This document shows positions 1 through 9,645 of a DNA stretch of 32,000 nucleotides, piece by piece. How positions within the stretch are numbered: position 1 is the stretch's first letter; each line of letters begins with the position of its first letter. A program made the translations under genes and the position numbers. Location: assembly GCF_000196355.1 (NCBI RefSeq), contig NC_007614.1, forward strand, positions 3,152,244 to 3,184,243, read 5' to 3'. This stretch comes from Nitrosospira multiformis ATCC 25196. Lineage in GTDB: Bacteria > Pseudomonadota > Gammaproteobacteria > Burkholderiales > Nitrosomonadaceae. A model generated the notes under the pieces. The model saw only the letters and a program-made list of their open reading frames with translations. It did not search any database and had not been told where the DNA came from.

Positions 1-314
1 GCCACGTTGTCGAATACCGAGAGATCGGTAAACAATGCGCCGAACTGAAATAGCATGCTCATTTTTCGGCGCATGCGAAAAAGCTCGTCCCGCTTCAGTT
101 TATGCACTACCTGGCCTGCAACTTTCACATAGCCGGAAGTCGGGCGCACGGCCCCGCCGATGAGGCGCAACAAGGTTGTTTTCCCGCTGCCGCTGCCACC
201 CATGATGGCAATGACTTTCCCTCTTCCCATCGTCATATCGATTCCCTTGAGAATCGGACGCTGTCCATAAGAGAAATTCAGGCCTTGGATTTCGATCAGG
301 CTTTCAGACGCCAT
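1..314 (-). CDS. mlaF: ABC transporter ATP-binding protein, MlaF-like (N-terminal ~104 codons; the gene runs off the window start)
   Basis: Reverse translation from the ATG at 314-312 gives MASESLIEIQGLNFSYGQRPILKGIDMTMGRGKVIAIMGGSGSGKTTLLRLIGG...MLFQFGALFTDLSVFDNV. It contains a Walker A motif (GGSGSGKT) and the Q-loop region typical of MlaF/Ttg2A. Not in the ORF track because it is truncated. Confidence 0.75.
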   Translation of the reverse strand, partial: MASESLIEIQGLNFSYGQRPILKGIDMTMGRGKVIAIMGGSGSGKTTLLRLIGGAVRPTSGYVKVAGQVVHKLKRDELFRMRRKMSMLFQFGALFTDLSVFDNV

Positions 315-420
315 CTTCCAAAAGAGGAATACCTAATTTAACGGGACATCGATTTTACCCCAAATCGGGTAGCCAGAGGGCGGGCAGGCACCTGAGACAG
401 GTAGTGAGGAATTGACGAAG

Positions 421-1302
421 TCAGGCAACTCGCCCTGTCGGGCAAGGTGAATGGACGCGGCGATAATGACCGAAAACAGATGATTGCTTGTCAGCGGGCG
501 CAGTAAAACCAATAGACGGGCTCGCGCTCATTCCGGACGATGCCGTATTTTCCGAAGCGGCGGATGACGGCAGAGAAACAGTGCATTGCAAAACTTTGCA
601 ATATTGCTCCAGAAAGGGTCTGGTACTTGGCATGCTAGCCGCCAGGTCACTGCGAAATGCATAGAGGATCTGCGCCACGAGCACGATGAGCATAAAAAGA
701 TTGGCAACCGCCCACGCAGCCGTGATCTCCGGCAGTTGCCCTCTCCTGGAAATGTAGTGCTCCGGCAAATAATTATCCAGCATGTCGTCTTCCAGGCCGG
801 CATACATCGCGTTACCCGTTTGCGGAATTTGTTCTCTCGCAACCCGCCTGTCCCGCGCTTTGTCTGCTTTTTTTGCGGCCCTGGCGTCAGGTTTCCCCCT
901 TGCAGGCGTTTCAGGAGCGCGAGCCTCTGCTGCCTCTGGCTTGACAGGTGCTGTCCCGGCCGGCTCTGATGTCAATGACTCCGGCGGATTTTGCGCTGAT
1001 GGCGATTCAGAGATGTGAGGTTCCGGCGTCCCTGGCTCCCGCACACCGCCGCCCTGTAGCGCTTCAGGGTGGGAAATCCCCGCATCAGGAGAAAGTTGCG
1101 AAGTATTTTCCGACGCTCTTGCCGCTTCCCCGGTCTTCCCCGGTTTTATGATTTCCGGGTCCTCCATGGTCAGCAGCGAAGCGAAGCCATTAAATATATG
1201 ATTGCACTGCCCGCAACGCACCTCGCCCCCATGCGCCTGCAAGTGCAGAGGCGTGATGCGAAAGACCGTTAAGCAGTTAGGACATCGAGTTACAAGTGGC
1301 AT
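421..1302 (-). CDS. MJ0042-type zinc-ribbon / DUF3426-like membrane protein
   Basis: N-terminus is MPLVTRCPNCLTVFRITPLHLQAHGGEVRCGQCNHIFNGF (CxxC...CxxC zinc ribbon). A long Pro/Ala/Glu-rich linker follows, then one TM segment and the RPFLEQYCKVLQCTVSLP motif. It sits downstream of prmA, as is common in betaproteobacteria. The C-terminal ~60 aa do not look like the usual DUF3426 beta-domain. Confidence 0.65.
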   Translation of the reverse strand: MPLVTRCPNCLTVFRITPLHLQAHGGEVRCGQCNHIFNGFASLLTMEDPEIIKPGKTGEAARASENTSQLSPDAGISHPEALQGGGVREPGTPEPHISESPSAQNPPESLTSEPAGTAPVKPEAAEARAPETPARGKPDARAAKKADKARDRRVAREQIPQTGNAMYAGLEDDMLDNYLPEHYISRRGQLPEITAAWAVANLFMLIVLVAQILYAFRSDLAASMPSTRPFLEQYCKVLQCTVSLPSSAASENTASSGMSASPSIGFTAPADKQSSVFGHYRRVHSPCPTGRVA

Positions 1303-1330
1303 TCCGGTTCTGGTTTTTGTTTAATCGAAT

Positions 1331-2245
1331 TCACTTCCTCGCGCCTGTCAACAGGACCCATCCCTCACGATTTAGCGCAATATGCATATCAAACGATTGC
1401 TGATAGGCCGCCATCACTTCTTCTGCCTGTTCCGCGAGTATACCGGATAGGGCAATGCGTCCTCCCGGCCGGGCAGCATGCGTCAGTATGGGAGCCAGCA
1501 TGATCAGCGGATTGGCGAGGATATTGGCAACAACGATGTTCGCCCAGCCCCCGCGTTCTGTATCCGTCCGCTCCGCCATCTGTGTATGAAACTCTATTTC
1601 GGTTTCCGAGCACTGGTTAAGCCTTGCATTCTGGCAGCTTGCCTCCACCGCTTGCGGATCTATGTCGATGCCGACAACATGATGAGCGCCCATCTTGAGC
1701 GCGGCAATGGCCAATATGCCTGAACCACAACCGTAATCAAGAACATCTTCGCCTCCTCCGAGATTTTCGTCAAGCCATTCCAGGCACAACTGCGTAGAAG
1801 GATGAGTTCCGGTTCCAAAGGCGAGTCCCGGATCGAGGATCAGGTTGATGGCATTCGGATCAGGTATTTCATGCCAGCTTGGCACGACCCACAAGCGGGA
1901 GGATATGCGGATCGGATTGAACTGCGACTGGGTTACCCGTACCCAATCCTGTTCTTCCACATATTCGATACGATAGCTCGGGGGAGCAGGCAACGCCGCC
2001 GCTTCGGCCGCAGCGCGCATTACTGCGGGAATATCGGTATCCCCCTTGAATAGCGCAGTCAGCTCCGGAGCAAGCCAGACTCCTGCGGCGGGCTCTCCTG
2101 GTTCGCCAAACAAGGGTTGCTCATGCTCGGTTCCCGCTGCGGAATCATGGATGTCGGTTGACAGCGCGCCCAAAGCCAGCATCGCATCGCTTAAGATCTC
2201 GACATGCATGCTGTCCGTTTTTATGATGACTGAAATCCAGGGCAT
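1331..2245 (-). CDS. prmA: ribosomal protein L11 methyltransferase
   Basis: Track ORF 1331..2296. PrmA-like N-terminus MPWISVIIKTDS...ILSDAMLALGALS and SAM-binding motif VLDYGCGSGILAIAA. I place the start at internal Met18 (2245). Confidence 0.9.
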   Translation of the reverse strand: MPWISVIIKTDSMHVEILSDAMLALGALSTDIHDSAAGTEHEQPLFGEPGEPAAGVWLAPELTALFKGDTDIPAVMRAAAEAAALPAPPSYRIEYVEEQDWVRVTQSQFNPIRISSRLWVVPSWHEIPDPNAINLILDPGLAFGTGTHPSTQLCLEWLDENLGGGEDVLDYGCGSGILAIAALKMGAHHVVGIDIDPQAVEASCQNARLNQCSETEIEFHTQMAERTDTERGGWANIVVANILANPLIMLAPILTHAARPGGRIALSGILAEQAEEVMAAYQQSFDMHIALNREGWVLLTGARK

Positions 2246-2373
2246 GAGGGTACGTCCCTTGCATTTGGCTGCGTAAGCAGACGGCGGGCAGAACATTCCA
2301 GGCCCGTTTCCCGAGAGGCTCCTACCTCACCCCCGTCCGTTACCCGAGTTCCAGTAACGAGGCCGATAGAGCC

Positions 2374-3732
2374 TCAGCCGGAATTGTTATTATAATTGGC
2401 AAGCTTTTGCTCCAGATAATGAATGCTCGTGCAGCCATTCAGAAAAGCGGCGTCGGACAACAGGTCAAGGTGGAGCGGCGTATTGGTTTTGATGCCGCCG
2501 ATCACCATTTCCGACAGCGCAATGCGCATTCGTGCTATCGCCTGCTCGCGGTTGTCTCCATACGCGATTATTTTGCCTATCATGGAATCGTAATAGGGCG
2601 GCACGAAGTAGTTATGATATATATGGGAATCCACACGAATGCCAGGGCCACCGGGAGCATGATACTGGGTGATACGCCCTGCCGACGGGGTGAACTTGTA
2701 CGGGTCTTCGGCCGCGATACGGCATTCGATGGCATGACCCTTCAACACGATGTCGCGCTGCCGCAGAGTGAGCTTTTCGCCGGCTGCCACGCGGATCTGC
2801 GCTTGCACCAGATCGATCCCGGTGATGGCCTCGGTAATGGTATGCTCGACCTGCAGGCGCGTATTCATCTCAATGAAATAGAACTCGTTTTTTTCGAACA
2901 GAAACTCGAATGTACCCACACCGCGATAGCCGATGCGCTTGCATGCGTCGACGCAACGGGTTCCCATTCTGTCGCGCAATCTGGGGGGAATGCCCAGGGC
3001 AGGTGCTTCCTCGATAATTTTCTGATGGCGGCGCTGCGTGGAGCAATCCCGTTCCCCCAGATAGATGGCGTTGCGATGCTCATCCGCCAATACCTGAAAC
3101 TCGATGTGGCGCGGGTTCTCCAGATATTTTTCGGCGTAGACCGTCGGGTTGCCGAAGGCGGCCTGAGCTTCGTTGCGCGTAATGATCACCGCGTTCGATA
3201 ACGCTGCTTCAGTGTGCACCACGCGCATGCCACGGCCGCCCCCACCTGCCGCGGCCTTGATAATGATAGGGTAGCCGATGGCACGAGCGATGGCTTTGAT
3301 TTCGTCCACCGATTCGGGGAGACCGCCGTCCGAGCCCGGGACACAAGGCACGCCCGCCTTTTTCATGGCGTTCTTGGCACTGACCTTGTCGCCCATCAGC
3401 CGAATCGTCTCGGGCCGCGGGCCGATAAAGACGAAGCCGCTTTTTTCCACACGTTCGGCAAAATCGGCATTTTCCGACAGAAACCCGTAACCCGGATGAA
3501 TGGCTTCCGCATCGGTGACCTCTGCGGCGCTGATGATGGCGGGAATATTGAGGTAGCTTTGTGCCGAAGGAGCAGGTCCGATGCATACGGACTCATCAGC
3601 GAGTTTTACATATTTTGCCTCGGCATCGGCCTGGGAGTGCACCGCTACAGTCTTGATACCCATCTCACGGCATGCACGCTGTATCCGCAAGGCAATCTCG
3701 CCACGGTTTGCTATCAGTATTTTTTCAAACAT
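2374..3732 (-). CDS. accC: acetyl-CoA carboxylase biotin carboxylase subunit
   Basis: 452 aa beginning [36 protein letters not shown]-grasp motifs are present ([20 protein letters not shown]). Confidence 0.97.
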   Translation of the reverse strand: MFEKILIANRGEIALRIQRACREMGIKTVAVHSQADAEAKYVKLADESVCIGPAPSAQSYLNIPAIISAAEVTDAEAIHPGYGFLSENADFAERVEKSGFVFIGPRPETIRLMGDKVSAKNAMKKAGVPCVPGSDGGLPESVDEIKAIARAIGYPIIIKAAAGGGGRGMRVVHTEAALSNAVIITRNEAQAAFGNPTVYAEKYLENPRHIEFQVLADEHRNAIYLGERDCSTQRRHQKIIEEAPALGIPPRLRDRMGTRCVDACKRIGYRGVGTFEFLFEKNEFYFIEMNTRLQVEHTITEAITGIDLVQAQIRVAAGEKLTLRQRDIVLKGHAIECRIAAEDPYKFTPSAGRITQYHAPGGPGIRVDSHIYHNYFVPPYYDSMIGKIIAYGDNREQAIARMRIALSEMVIGGIKTNTPLHLDLLSDAAFLNGCTSIHYLEQKLANYNNNSG

Positions 3733-3831
3733 GTCTGCCGCTCGTATCTGGTTTCATGATGGAGGTGATTTCTCCTCTTCTATTGATGCGGGTGTCCCTC
3801 GGGGTAGCGTGTAGCGCGGCTAAAAGCCGAA

Positions 3832-4296
3832 TCATTCAATCACGAACAGCGGTTCGCCATACTCGACAGGCTGGCCGTTCTCCACCATCACTGCCTTGAT
3901 CACACCGCTCTTGTCCGACTCTATTTCATTGAGCAGCTTCATGGCTTCTATGATGCAGAGCGTGTCCCCCTCCTTGACTGTCTGACCCACCTCGACGAAC
4001 GGATTGCTGCCGGGGGCGGAACTACGATAGAACGTGCCCACCATGGGCGATTTGACCATATGACCTTGGGGCAGTATTTCGGCGGCGGCTGTTGCCGGGG
4101 TGGTGACTGGCGCAGCTTGCGGAATGATGGCGGGTACCGGGGCGGGTTGCGGAGAAGGCATTGCGATTGCGGGCATCTGCATCGACGGCGTGGATCTGCT
4201 GATGCGAACCTTTTCTTCACCCTCCGTTATCTCCAGCTCGGCAATGCCGGATTCCTCCACCAGGTCAATCAGTTTTTTAAGCTTTCTCAGGTCCAT
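3832..4296 (-). CDS. accB: acetyl-CoA carboxylase biotin carboxyl carrier protein
   Basis: 154 aa with a Pro/Ala-rich linker and the biotinylation motif [13 protein letters not shown]. It lies immediately upstream of accC. Confidence 0.95.
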   Translation of the reverse strand: MDLRKLKKLIDLVEESGIAELEITEGEEKVRISRSTPSMQMPAIAMPSPQPAPVPAIIPQAAPVTTPATAAAEILPQGHMVKSPMVGTFYRSSAPGSNPFVEVGQTVKEGDTLCIIEAMKLLNEIESDKSGVIKAVMVENGQPVEYGEPLFVIE

Positions 4297-4390
4297 ATAG
4301 GGTCTCCCGATCGGTTCCTTTTGCGTTATGTTCTGTCAAAACCTCTAACCATCTGTCAGCGCCCGAAGACGCGGACTTTGTGTTTTTGCT

Positions 4391-4426
4391 TTTTGAAAAA
4401 TACCCCTGTTTCAAAACACAAGGGGT
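4391..4426 (-). terminator. candidate rho-independent terminator after aroQ
   Basis: The minus strand reads ACCCCTTGTGTTTTGAAACAGGGGT (imperfect hairpin, 4402-4426) followed by ATTTTTCAAAA. Confidence 0.4.
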
Positions 4427-4515
4427 GAGATGAGCCACCACTGCATTGGCTTATCAAAAGGAATTCTCAGCTCCTCAATGGTACCCGATCACTTCGTTGC
4501 CATCCTTGACGCCCA

Positions 4516-4971
4516 TCACTTGCGGCCCAGCACATAATTGAAGGCGAGCTCGTATCCCTTTGCTCCCAGACCGCTTATGACCCCCACCGCCATATCGGAA
4601 AAAAAAGATTTCTGGCGGAAAGATTCGCGAGCAAAAATATTGGAAAGGTGAATTTCAATGAAAGGTATCCGGGTAGCCGCAAGTGCATCACGCAAGGCAA
4701 TACTGGTATGGGTATAAGCGGCAGGATTGATGATAATGAAGTCTGTTTTTTCAGCACCCGCCTGCTGGATTCGGTCTATCAGCTCTCCCTCGGTGTTACT
4801 TTGGAAGCAATCAAGACCAATGCCCTCTTTTTCGGCTAATTTCGCCAAATTTCTGTTAATTTCTTCTAATGTGACAGTTCCGTAAATCGAAGGCTCCCTG
4901 ATTCCCAGCAAATTCAGGTTCGGCCCATGGATAACCAGGATATTTTGGCAGCGGTTTGAGCCATCTTTCAT
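4516..4971 (-). CDS. aroQ: type II 3-dehydroquinate dehydratase
   Basis: 151 aa containing [36 protein letters not shown] and IEIHLSNI. Confidence 0.95.
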   Translation of the reverse strand: MKDGSNRCQNILVIHGPNLNLLGIREPSIYGTVTLEEINRNLAKLAEKEGIGLDCFQSNTEGELIDRIQQAGAEKTDFIIINPAAYTHTSIALRDALAATRIPFIEIHLSNIFARESFRQKSFFSDMAVGVISGLGAKGYELAFNYVLGRK

Positions 4972-5004
4972 GGCGGCAAGTGTGACCCAATTGCAGGAAA
5001 TTGT

Positions 5005-5295
5005 CTAGTGATTCTCGGCCATTCGGCGAATATGTTGGAATTTACGTTTTTTTATTTCAACGAGGAATTCAAATGCTTCAGATGAGCTCTTTTTGGAGAA
5101 AGATGGAGCCCCATCCGGATTGATCGAAGCGGAATCTTGCTGGAGCAGAAGGTTGAGTTGAAGATTTATGGGGGGTTGGTTAAGTGAGCTCGCGCCTATG
5201 CACGGGACGGCGACTTCTCCGACTTCTCTGTTTTCTTTTATTTCTTTCATCCGCAGCGGTGTCCCAAGTGAGAACGTTTGCTCGTCGTTTTCCAA
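5005..5295 (-). CDS. hypothetical small protein (weak call)
   Basis: 96-codon ORF between aroQ and the tRNA, AT-richer than its neighbours. It has a non-ATG first codon with an alternative ATG at 5250. No family recognised. Confidence 0.3.
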   Translation of the reverse strand: MENDEQTFSLGTPLRMKEIKENREVGEVAVPCIGASSLNQPPINLQLNLLLQQDSASINPDGAPSFSKKSSSEAFEFLVEIKKRKFQHIRRMAENH

Positions 5296-5335
5296 AAGAC
5301 TATAATTGGCATGGTTTATTCTGATCCCTTCCCAG

Positions 5336-5411
<76 letters not shown>

Positions 5412-5522
5412 GTTGCAAGTGATTAATAAGTAAAATCAATCTCTTATCCAAAAAATAGCTTTATTGTGGGGATACTTTTGTGGTACCCTCTAATGAAGCT
5501 ATTGCTCGGCCGCATCTTTAGC

Positions 5523-5838
5523 GTGTCAATCAAGTACATCTATCATCGTGGTAATACCTATTATTACCCACCCCAAGGACTTACTGCATCGCTACCACGG
5601 TGCAACCCATGTCAAGGTTAACCTAAAAACTAGCGACCCAGGATTGATTGCTAAAAGGGTTGGTGAACTCAATAGAAAGTACGAATCAACATGGGCAGCA
5701 CTTTTCCTCCTCTGTACCCAAGTGGAGGAATTCCTTACAAGTCACACTGTATACTTTCTTGTTCAGCTCTTCCTATCCCACTCGCACTCGACTATACGAC
5801 ACACGGCAAATCTCCACTCTGCCGCTATAAGAATCTAG
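5523..5838 (+). pseudogene. tyrosine integrase remnant (N-terminal part, frameshifted)
   Basis: The frame starting at GTG 5523 gives SIKYIYHRGNTYYY. The continuation PKDLLHRYHGATHVKVNLKTSDPGLIAKRVGELNRKYESTW is in the next frame (track ORF 5548..5838). Joined, this matches the usual RGNTYYFRRRVPxDL...SLxTxD N-terminal pattern of tRNA-associated integrases. No catalytic domain follows. Confidence 0.55.
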
Positions 5839-6176
5839 TATTGTCCGATTAAGGTATAACGGATTTCTCCAAGCGGAAGAGCTTGATGAAGAGTCAGAGG
5901 AAGACAGCCTCAACCCCTGACTTCTAGCTTTCGATAACTTTTTACGGCCTGCTGGTATGCAGTGATACAAGCACTTTTGTGCATAGCGGGATGTAATTAC
6001 ACCCATGCCCTTTCTATGTAAATAAACTCTTCTTCGCTCACTCTTAGAGGCTATATCAATGCCGTATTGGCGGAAGTATGTGGAAAAGGTTGGGGCGCTC
6101 TTTATTGTGTCTCCGTTATGGCCATCAATTTAGAAAATTGTAACTGTAACCGTGCCAATAATATTTTTATCAGTAC

Positions 6177-6765
6177 ATGGATGCAAAGTTTCAGGAGCAT
6201 TTATTTCTTGCTCGCCAAGAAAGCCCTGGGGGGTGGCTATTTAGAGCGCGGAGCTTGCAAGCTGCGGCCGCTCGTCTTGATTGGTTAGACGCCCCGGTAT
6301 TGGTTAGACGCCCCGGTTCGTGACGAAGAGCCAACCCTATCTTTTCTGGCTGAATACCAGATGCTACTTGGTATGGCCTTTGAGTGCCTTCTCAAGGGCT
6401 TTATTTCACTTGTGAGACTTGAAAACGGCGAATCTCCTCCATTGCCCAAGGACTGTTATACCCATAGACTCGAAGCACTTGCGCGACGGCCGGAATGTGT
6501 CAGTCTGGCAATTACTATGGAAGAGATGGAAGCCTTGAGCCGTTTATCACCATATATCGAATGGTCAGGCAGGTATCCTGTACCCAAGCGTGCAAAAGAG
6601 CTGCATTTTGTAGGGGTAAGCAACTTTGATCGAGATGCAGAGCTTCGGCTTTGGCATCGGCTTGTCTCTCTGCTTGGAGATAGAGCTTGGGTCATGAAGG
6701 GCGGGCCAGTGAGTAAGGGCGGTTATAAGCTGTATTTGGATGGCCGTAAGGAAAAGCTGGACTGA
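6177..6765 (+). pseudogene. HEPN-domain-like protein split by a 19-bp tandem duplication
   Basis: The ATG at 6177 opens a frame that stops at 6321-6323. Track ORF 6361..6765 is in the +1 frame and is open from 6289. Deleting one 19-bp repeat copy fuses them into a single 189-aa ORF. Classic HEPN pattern: LLGMAFECLLKG ... YTHRLEAL ... LSRLSPYIEWSGRYP. Confidence 0.6.
6280..6317 (+). repeat. perfect 19-bp tandem duplication (2 copies)
   Basis: ATTGGTTAGACGCCCCGGT occupies 6280-6298 and again 6299-6317. WLDAPV is encoded twice, in two different frames. Confidence 0.95.
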
Positions 6766-6852
6766 TATCACTTAGCGTGACTGTGAGCTTTTGAAATTCT
6801 TCCACCTCCATGTTCTGGTTCAAGGACAAAACGCTTCCGTACAGGCCGCAAA

Positions 6853-6876
6853 GCACGAGAACGAGCACGAGCACGA
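6853..6876. repeat. hexanucleotide microsatellite (GCACGA)n, 4 units, one imperfect
   Basis: The run is GCACGA GAACGA GCACGA GCACGA. On the minus strand it would encode (LV)n within weak ORF 6692..6985. Confidence 0.8.
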
Positions 6877-7210
6877 GCATCACGTCCTTGATATCGGGGT
6901 GACCCTTCAAATAGCTGGTTATGCCGATTTTAGCCTGTTTTGAATAGGTGAACAGTTGGTCGTCAAGTCTCCAACGCTTATCCAACCTGTGTGGCCTCTG
7001 CCCCTCTTACTAGGATGTCCTTGCGAGTTACGATTTATTTTCTGAACCCCGATCCGTGGGGGTTCAATTCTTGATGGGAATGATCAACTCCTGCTGCGGT
7101 AGAAATGTGTCCTAAAGGTAGTTTGTGGTACTCTTGTAGTACTTTCTTTAATCCTCCGCCTCAAGACCCGTGTTGGCGCCGCTTTTCAGGGTAAGTTAGA
7201 GTGCCTTGCG

Positions 7211-7229
7211 CCTCTCAACAGCACTAGTT
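7211..7229 (+). repeat. att-like core, copy 2 (orphan duplicate of the tRNA-Thr 3-prime end)
   Basis: CCTCTCAACAGCACTAGTT. Looser similarity continues into the following AT-rich bases (TAAATAATTAAGTAATAC versus GATTAATAAGTAAAATC after the tRNA). Confidence 0.8.
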
Positions 7230-7436
7230 ATAAATAATTAAGTAATACAAGGATGCCGCATAGCAGAAGCTGAGGGCTGAAATTCTGATATTGAAGTATT
7301 TACACCTGAATTCTTCTATCCCCCGTTTCCGTTCGCCTCCATCCTTCGCCCCCTTAAGACTAAATCCAGCAAGAGAAATATCCCCTGGTAGGGCTTTCCC
7401 TATGGGCAGCACAAAGAATTATCCAGGCAGCACAGC

Positions 7437-7714
7437 CGGGTCAACTTTTTGCTTTCCCTCAGTACACCAATAAGACCGAATGCAAGGCGGCTCATTGCTT
7501 CCAACACGCTCGATAAGTGGATTGATTCTCGCTTAGGTGTCAATAAGACAACTCATAAGTTTTGCCACACAATGCGGGCTGCTTGTGTAATGTGGAGGCA
7601 GCACTTAAGGATATTCAGGATGCAGTAGGGGAGTGGAATAAGGAAGACATTAGGGACAAGTACGGGCTAGGGCACGGGTTGAAGCAGTTGAAGATGTGGC
7701 TAGATAAGATGTAG
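7437..7714 (+). pseudogene. tyrosine integrase remnant (C-terminal catalytic region, multiple frameshifts)
   Basis: Pieces are spread over three frames: QLFAFPQYTNK; RLIASNTLDKWIDSRLGVNKTTHKFCHTMRAACV (the HxxR box); and EAALKDIQDAVGEWNKEDIRDKYGLGH...KM-stop (the LGH...Y region). Confidence 0.5.
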
Positions 7715-7764
7715 CTTTGCCGAGGCTTAAACAAAGAAGGGAATCAGTGTAACAAGAACAAAGT

Positions 7765-8556
7765 ATGGATAAAGAAGAAAGAAACTTGGAAGAAGCCAGG
7801 AGCCTAATAAAAGCGGGGCCAATCGCCTTGATAACTGGAATTTCCGCTCTCTGTCAGTTCTTAACGGATAGTCCCTCGACTGTATTCAGCATTGGGATGG
7901 GAACATCGATAATATCCAGTACTCTTGGCTACGGAATGGATTTATTATCGTCTAGTGAGAAACGGCGGTTAGATAGGCTAGGTAATTCTATACTCCTTGA
8001 AATCAAAGACCGCCTCGAACAAGGGCATAAACCCAGAGAAGATGGCTTTTTTGATATGAAGCCAGCAATACGTAGCTCGGCTGATGAGTTATGTGATGCC
8101 ATCCTTGAGATGTCCCGCTCAGAACACCAAGAGAAGAAAATCAGTTATATAGGTAATCTATATGTCTCTGTAGCATTTACTGACGAAATCTCGCCCGATG
8201 AGGCTAACCGCTTGCTACGCCTTCTCAAATCCGCTACTTATCGGGAGATTTGTATTCTCGCAATGCTCTCCCAGGAAAGGGAACAGGAAGGGTTGCGTAC
8301 AAACTGCCTGGATAAAGAGAAGGGTTCAGATGAACTAAGCTCACTAATGCAGGAATGTTTCGAGCTTGAAGGGTGGGGACTTTTATCTCAAGTAAATTAC
8401 GATCAAGGTCCTCTTTATGGGGTTCCTTCTTGGGTTCATGTCATCCCAGCGAACCTGAGAATTACCCCCTATGGAAAACGACTCGCAGAGTTATCCCATC
8501 TTTCTAAAATTCATGAAAATGATGTTCAGGCAATTCGGGAAATAATGCGAGCATGA
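7765..8556 (+). CDS. hypothetical 263-aa protein, possibly Abi-alpha/DUF4393-like
   Basis: Intact ORF with AAGAAGGGAA upstream. Two N-terminal hydrophobic segments are present (AGPIALITGISALCQFL and VFSIGMGTSIISSTLGYGMDLL). A central helical region, EKKISYIGNLYVSVAFTDEISPDEANRLLRLLKSATYREICILAML, resembles the Abi-alpha layout from memory only. Confidence 0.65.
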   Translation: MDKEERNLEEARSLIKAGPIALITGISALCQFLTDSPSTVFSIGMGTSIISSTLGYGMDLLSSSEKRRLDRLGNSILLEIKDRLEQGHKPREDGFFDMKPAIRSSADELCDAILEMSRSEHQEKKISYIGNLYVSVAFTDEISPDEANRLLRLLKSATYREICILAMLSQEREQEGLRTNCLDKEKGSDELSSLMQECFELEGWGLLSQVNYDQGPLYGVPSWVHVIPANLRITPYGKRLAELSHLSKIHENDVQAIREIMRA

Positions 8557-9645
8557 GAGCGTGAGCATAGCGTCTCATTCCAGCAGCTCCTAAATATTTC
8601 ATCAAAAATTTGTCTTAGGGTACTCCTTACCGCAATGGCAGGCATTCCCCCTTGGTACCCCGATGAGTTCTGAATTTGATCCTGGCTATTGCCCGCGGTG
8701 AGACATGGGTTCGCCTTCAATCAAATCTGGGTGACACCTAGGGGGAGTTATCTAGCTTGCCAAGCGGTATGGCGGGTGGTTTTTGATCGATGAAAAACTT
8801 CAAGATCCCCTGAGACTCAATCAGACGCCCTGCACTTAATTATCAGCTCTTTCCCATACCCTTGCCTAGGAAGACTCAATATCGTTTATCCTAGAGCTTC
8901 CTGGAGAGTCACTTCTGAGAAAGAGGCTCTCCTAGCCAAGGATGACCGGGTGGACATACTCCGTATCGCTGTCCAATATTGGGTAGACCAGATGGACAGG
9001 GACGTTAGGAAGCCCGAGGAGTAGCACAAGCAAGCCCTCCTTGAACAAGAACTAGCCAAGTTCCACCAGCATGTGTTCGAGGGTAATTCTTATAAGATAG
9101 AAGATAGGTGCCGGACTAGCTCGACGATTTGAGAGAGCTATTCGGTACTGATGCTTCTAAGAATATGGCTGGTAATTCTCGCGTAGGCTCTCTTGGTCGC
9201 TCCACATCGTTAACGATATAACTTCTGTCACGTCATTGCTCATTTTATTGCTCACGAAACGCTTTAACGCATAAGCCCGGGATATCGATACTTTCTGCAA
9301 TTGTGATATAGCGACGCCCAGCTCATGCGGATAAATGGAACTCCACATGCGTTAATCACCTGCTGAATCTCATTCCAGCAGTGAATCAATGCCCCGCTTC
9401 GCCAGGAGTAGTGTTCTTTTTGCTTTCTTTTACTGCCGTTTCAGCAATCTGTCGAAAGGCCGTACCAAGGTCCAATAGTAAAACGCTCTGATGCGATTAT
9501 CATGGAGCACTGGAAACTCTTGCTGGCGTGAGGAATTAGGCTGTATCAGGCCAAGAGGGAAGAGTTTTACCTGGACCTGCTCCTATCACTAGCAGGCTCT
9601 GGTCCAGGAGACTTTGCTTGATAAACCAATAATAGGCAGCTGAAG

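Noticed and set aside
333-600. Possible frameshift at the 3-prime end of the DUF3426-like gene, because the expected C-terminal beta-domain is not recognisable.
   Set aside because: I translated the two alternative frames down to their stops at 338-340 and 333-335. Neither restores a convincing DUF3426 C-terminal pattern, so the track ORF is kept.
5839-6176. Looked for the middle and catalytic part of the first integrase and for an MNT partner of the HEPN gene.
   Set aside because: All frames are broken by stops. No GSxxxxxxDxD (MNT) or integrase R...HxxR...Y motifs are recognisable.
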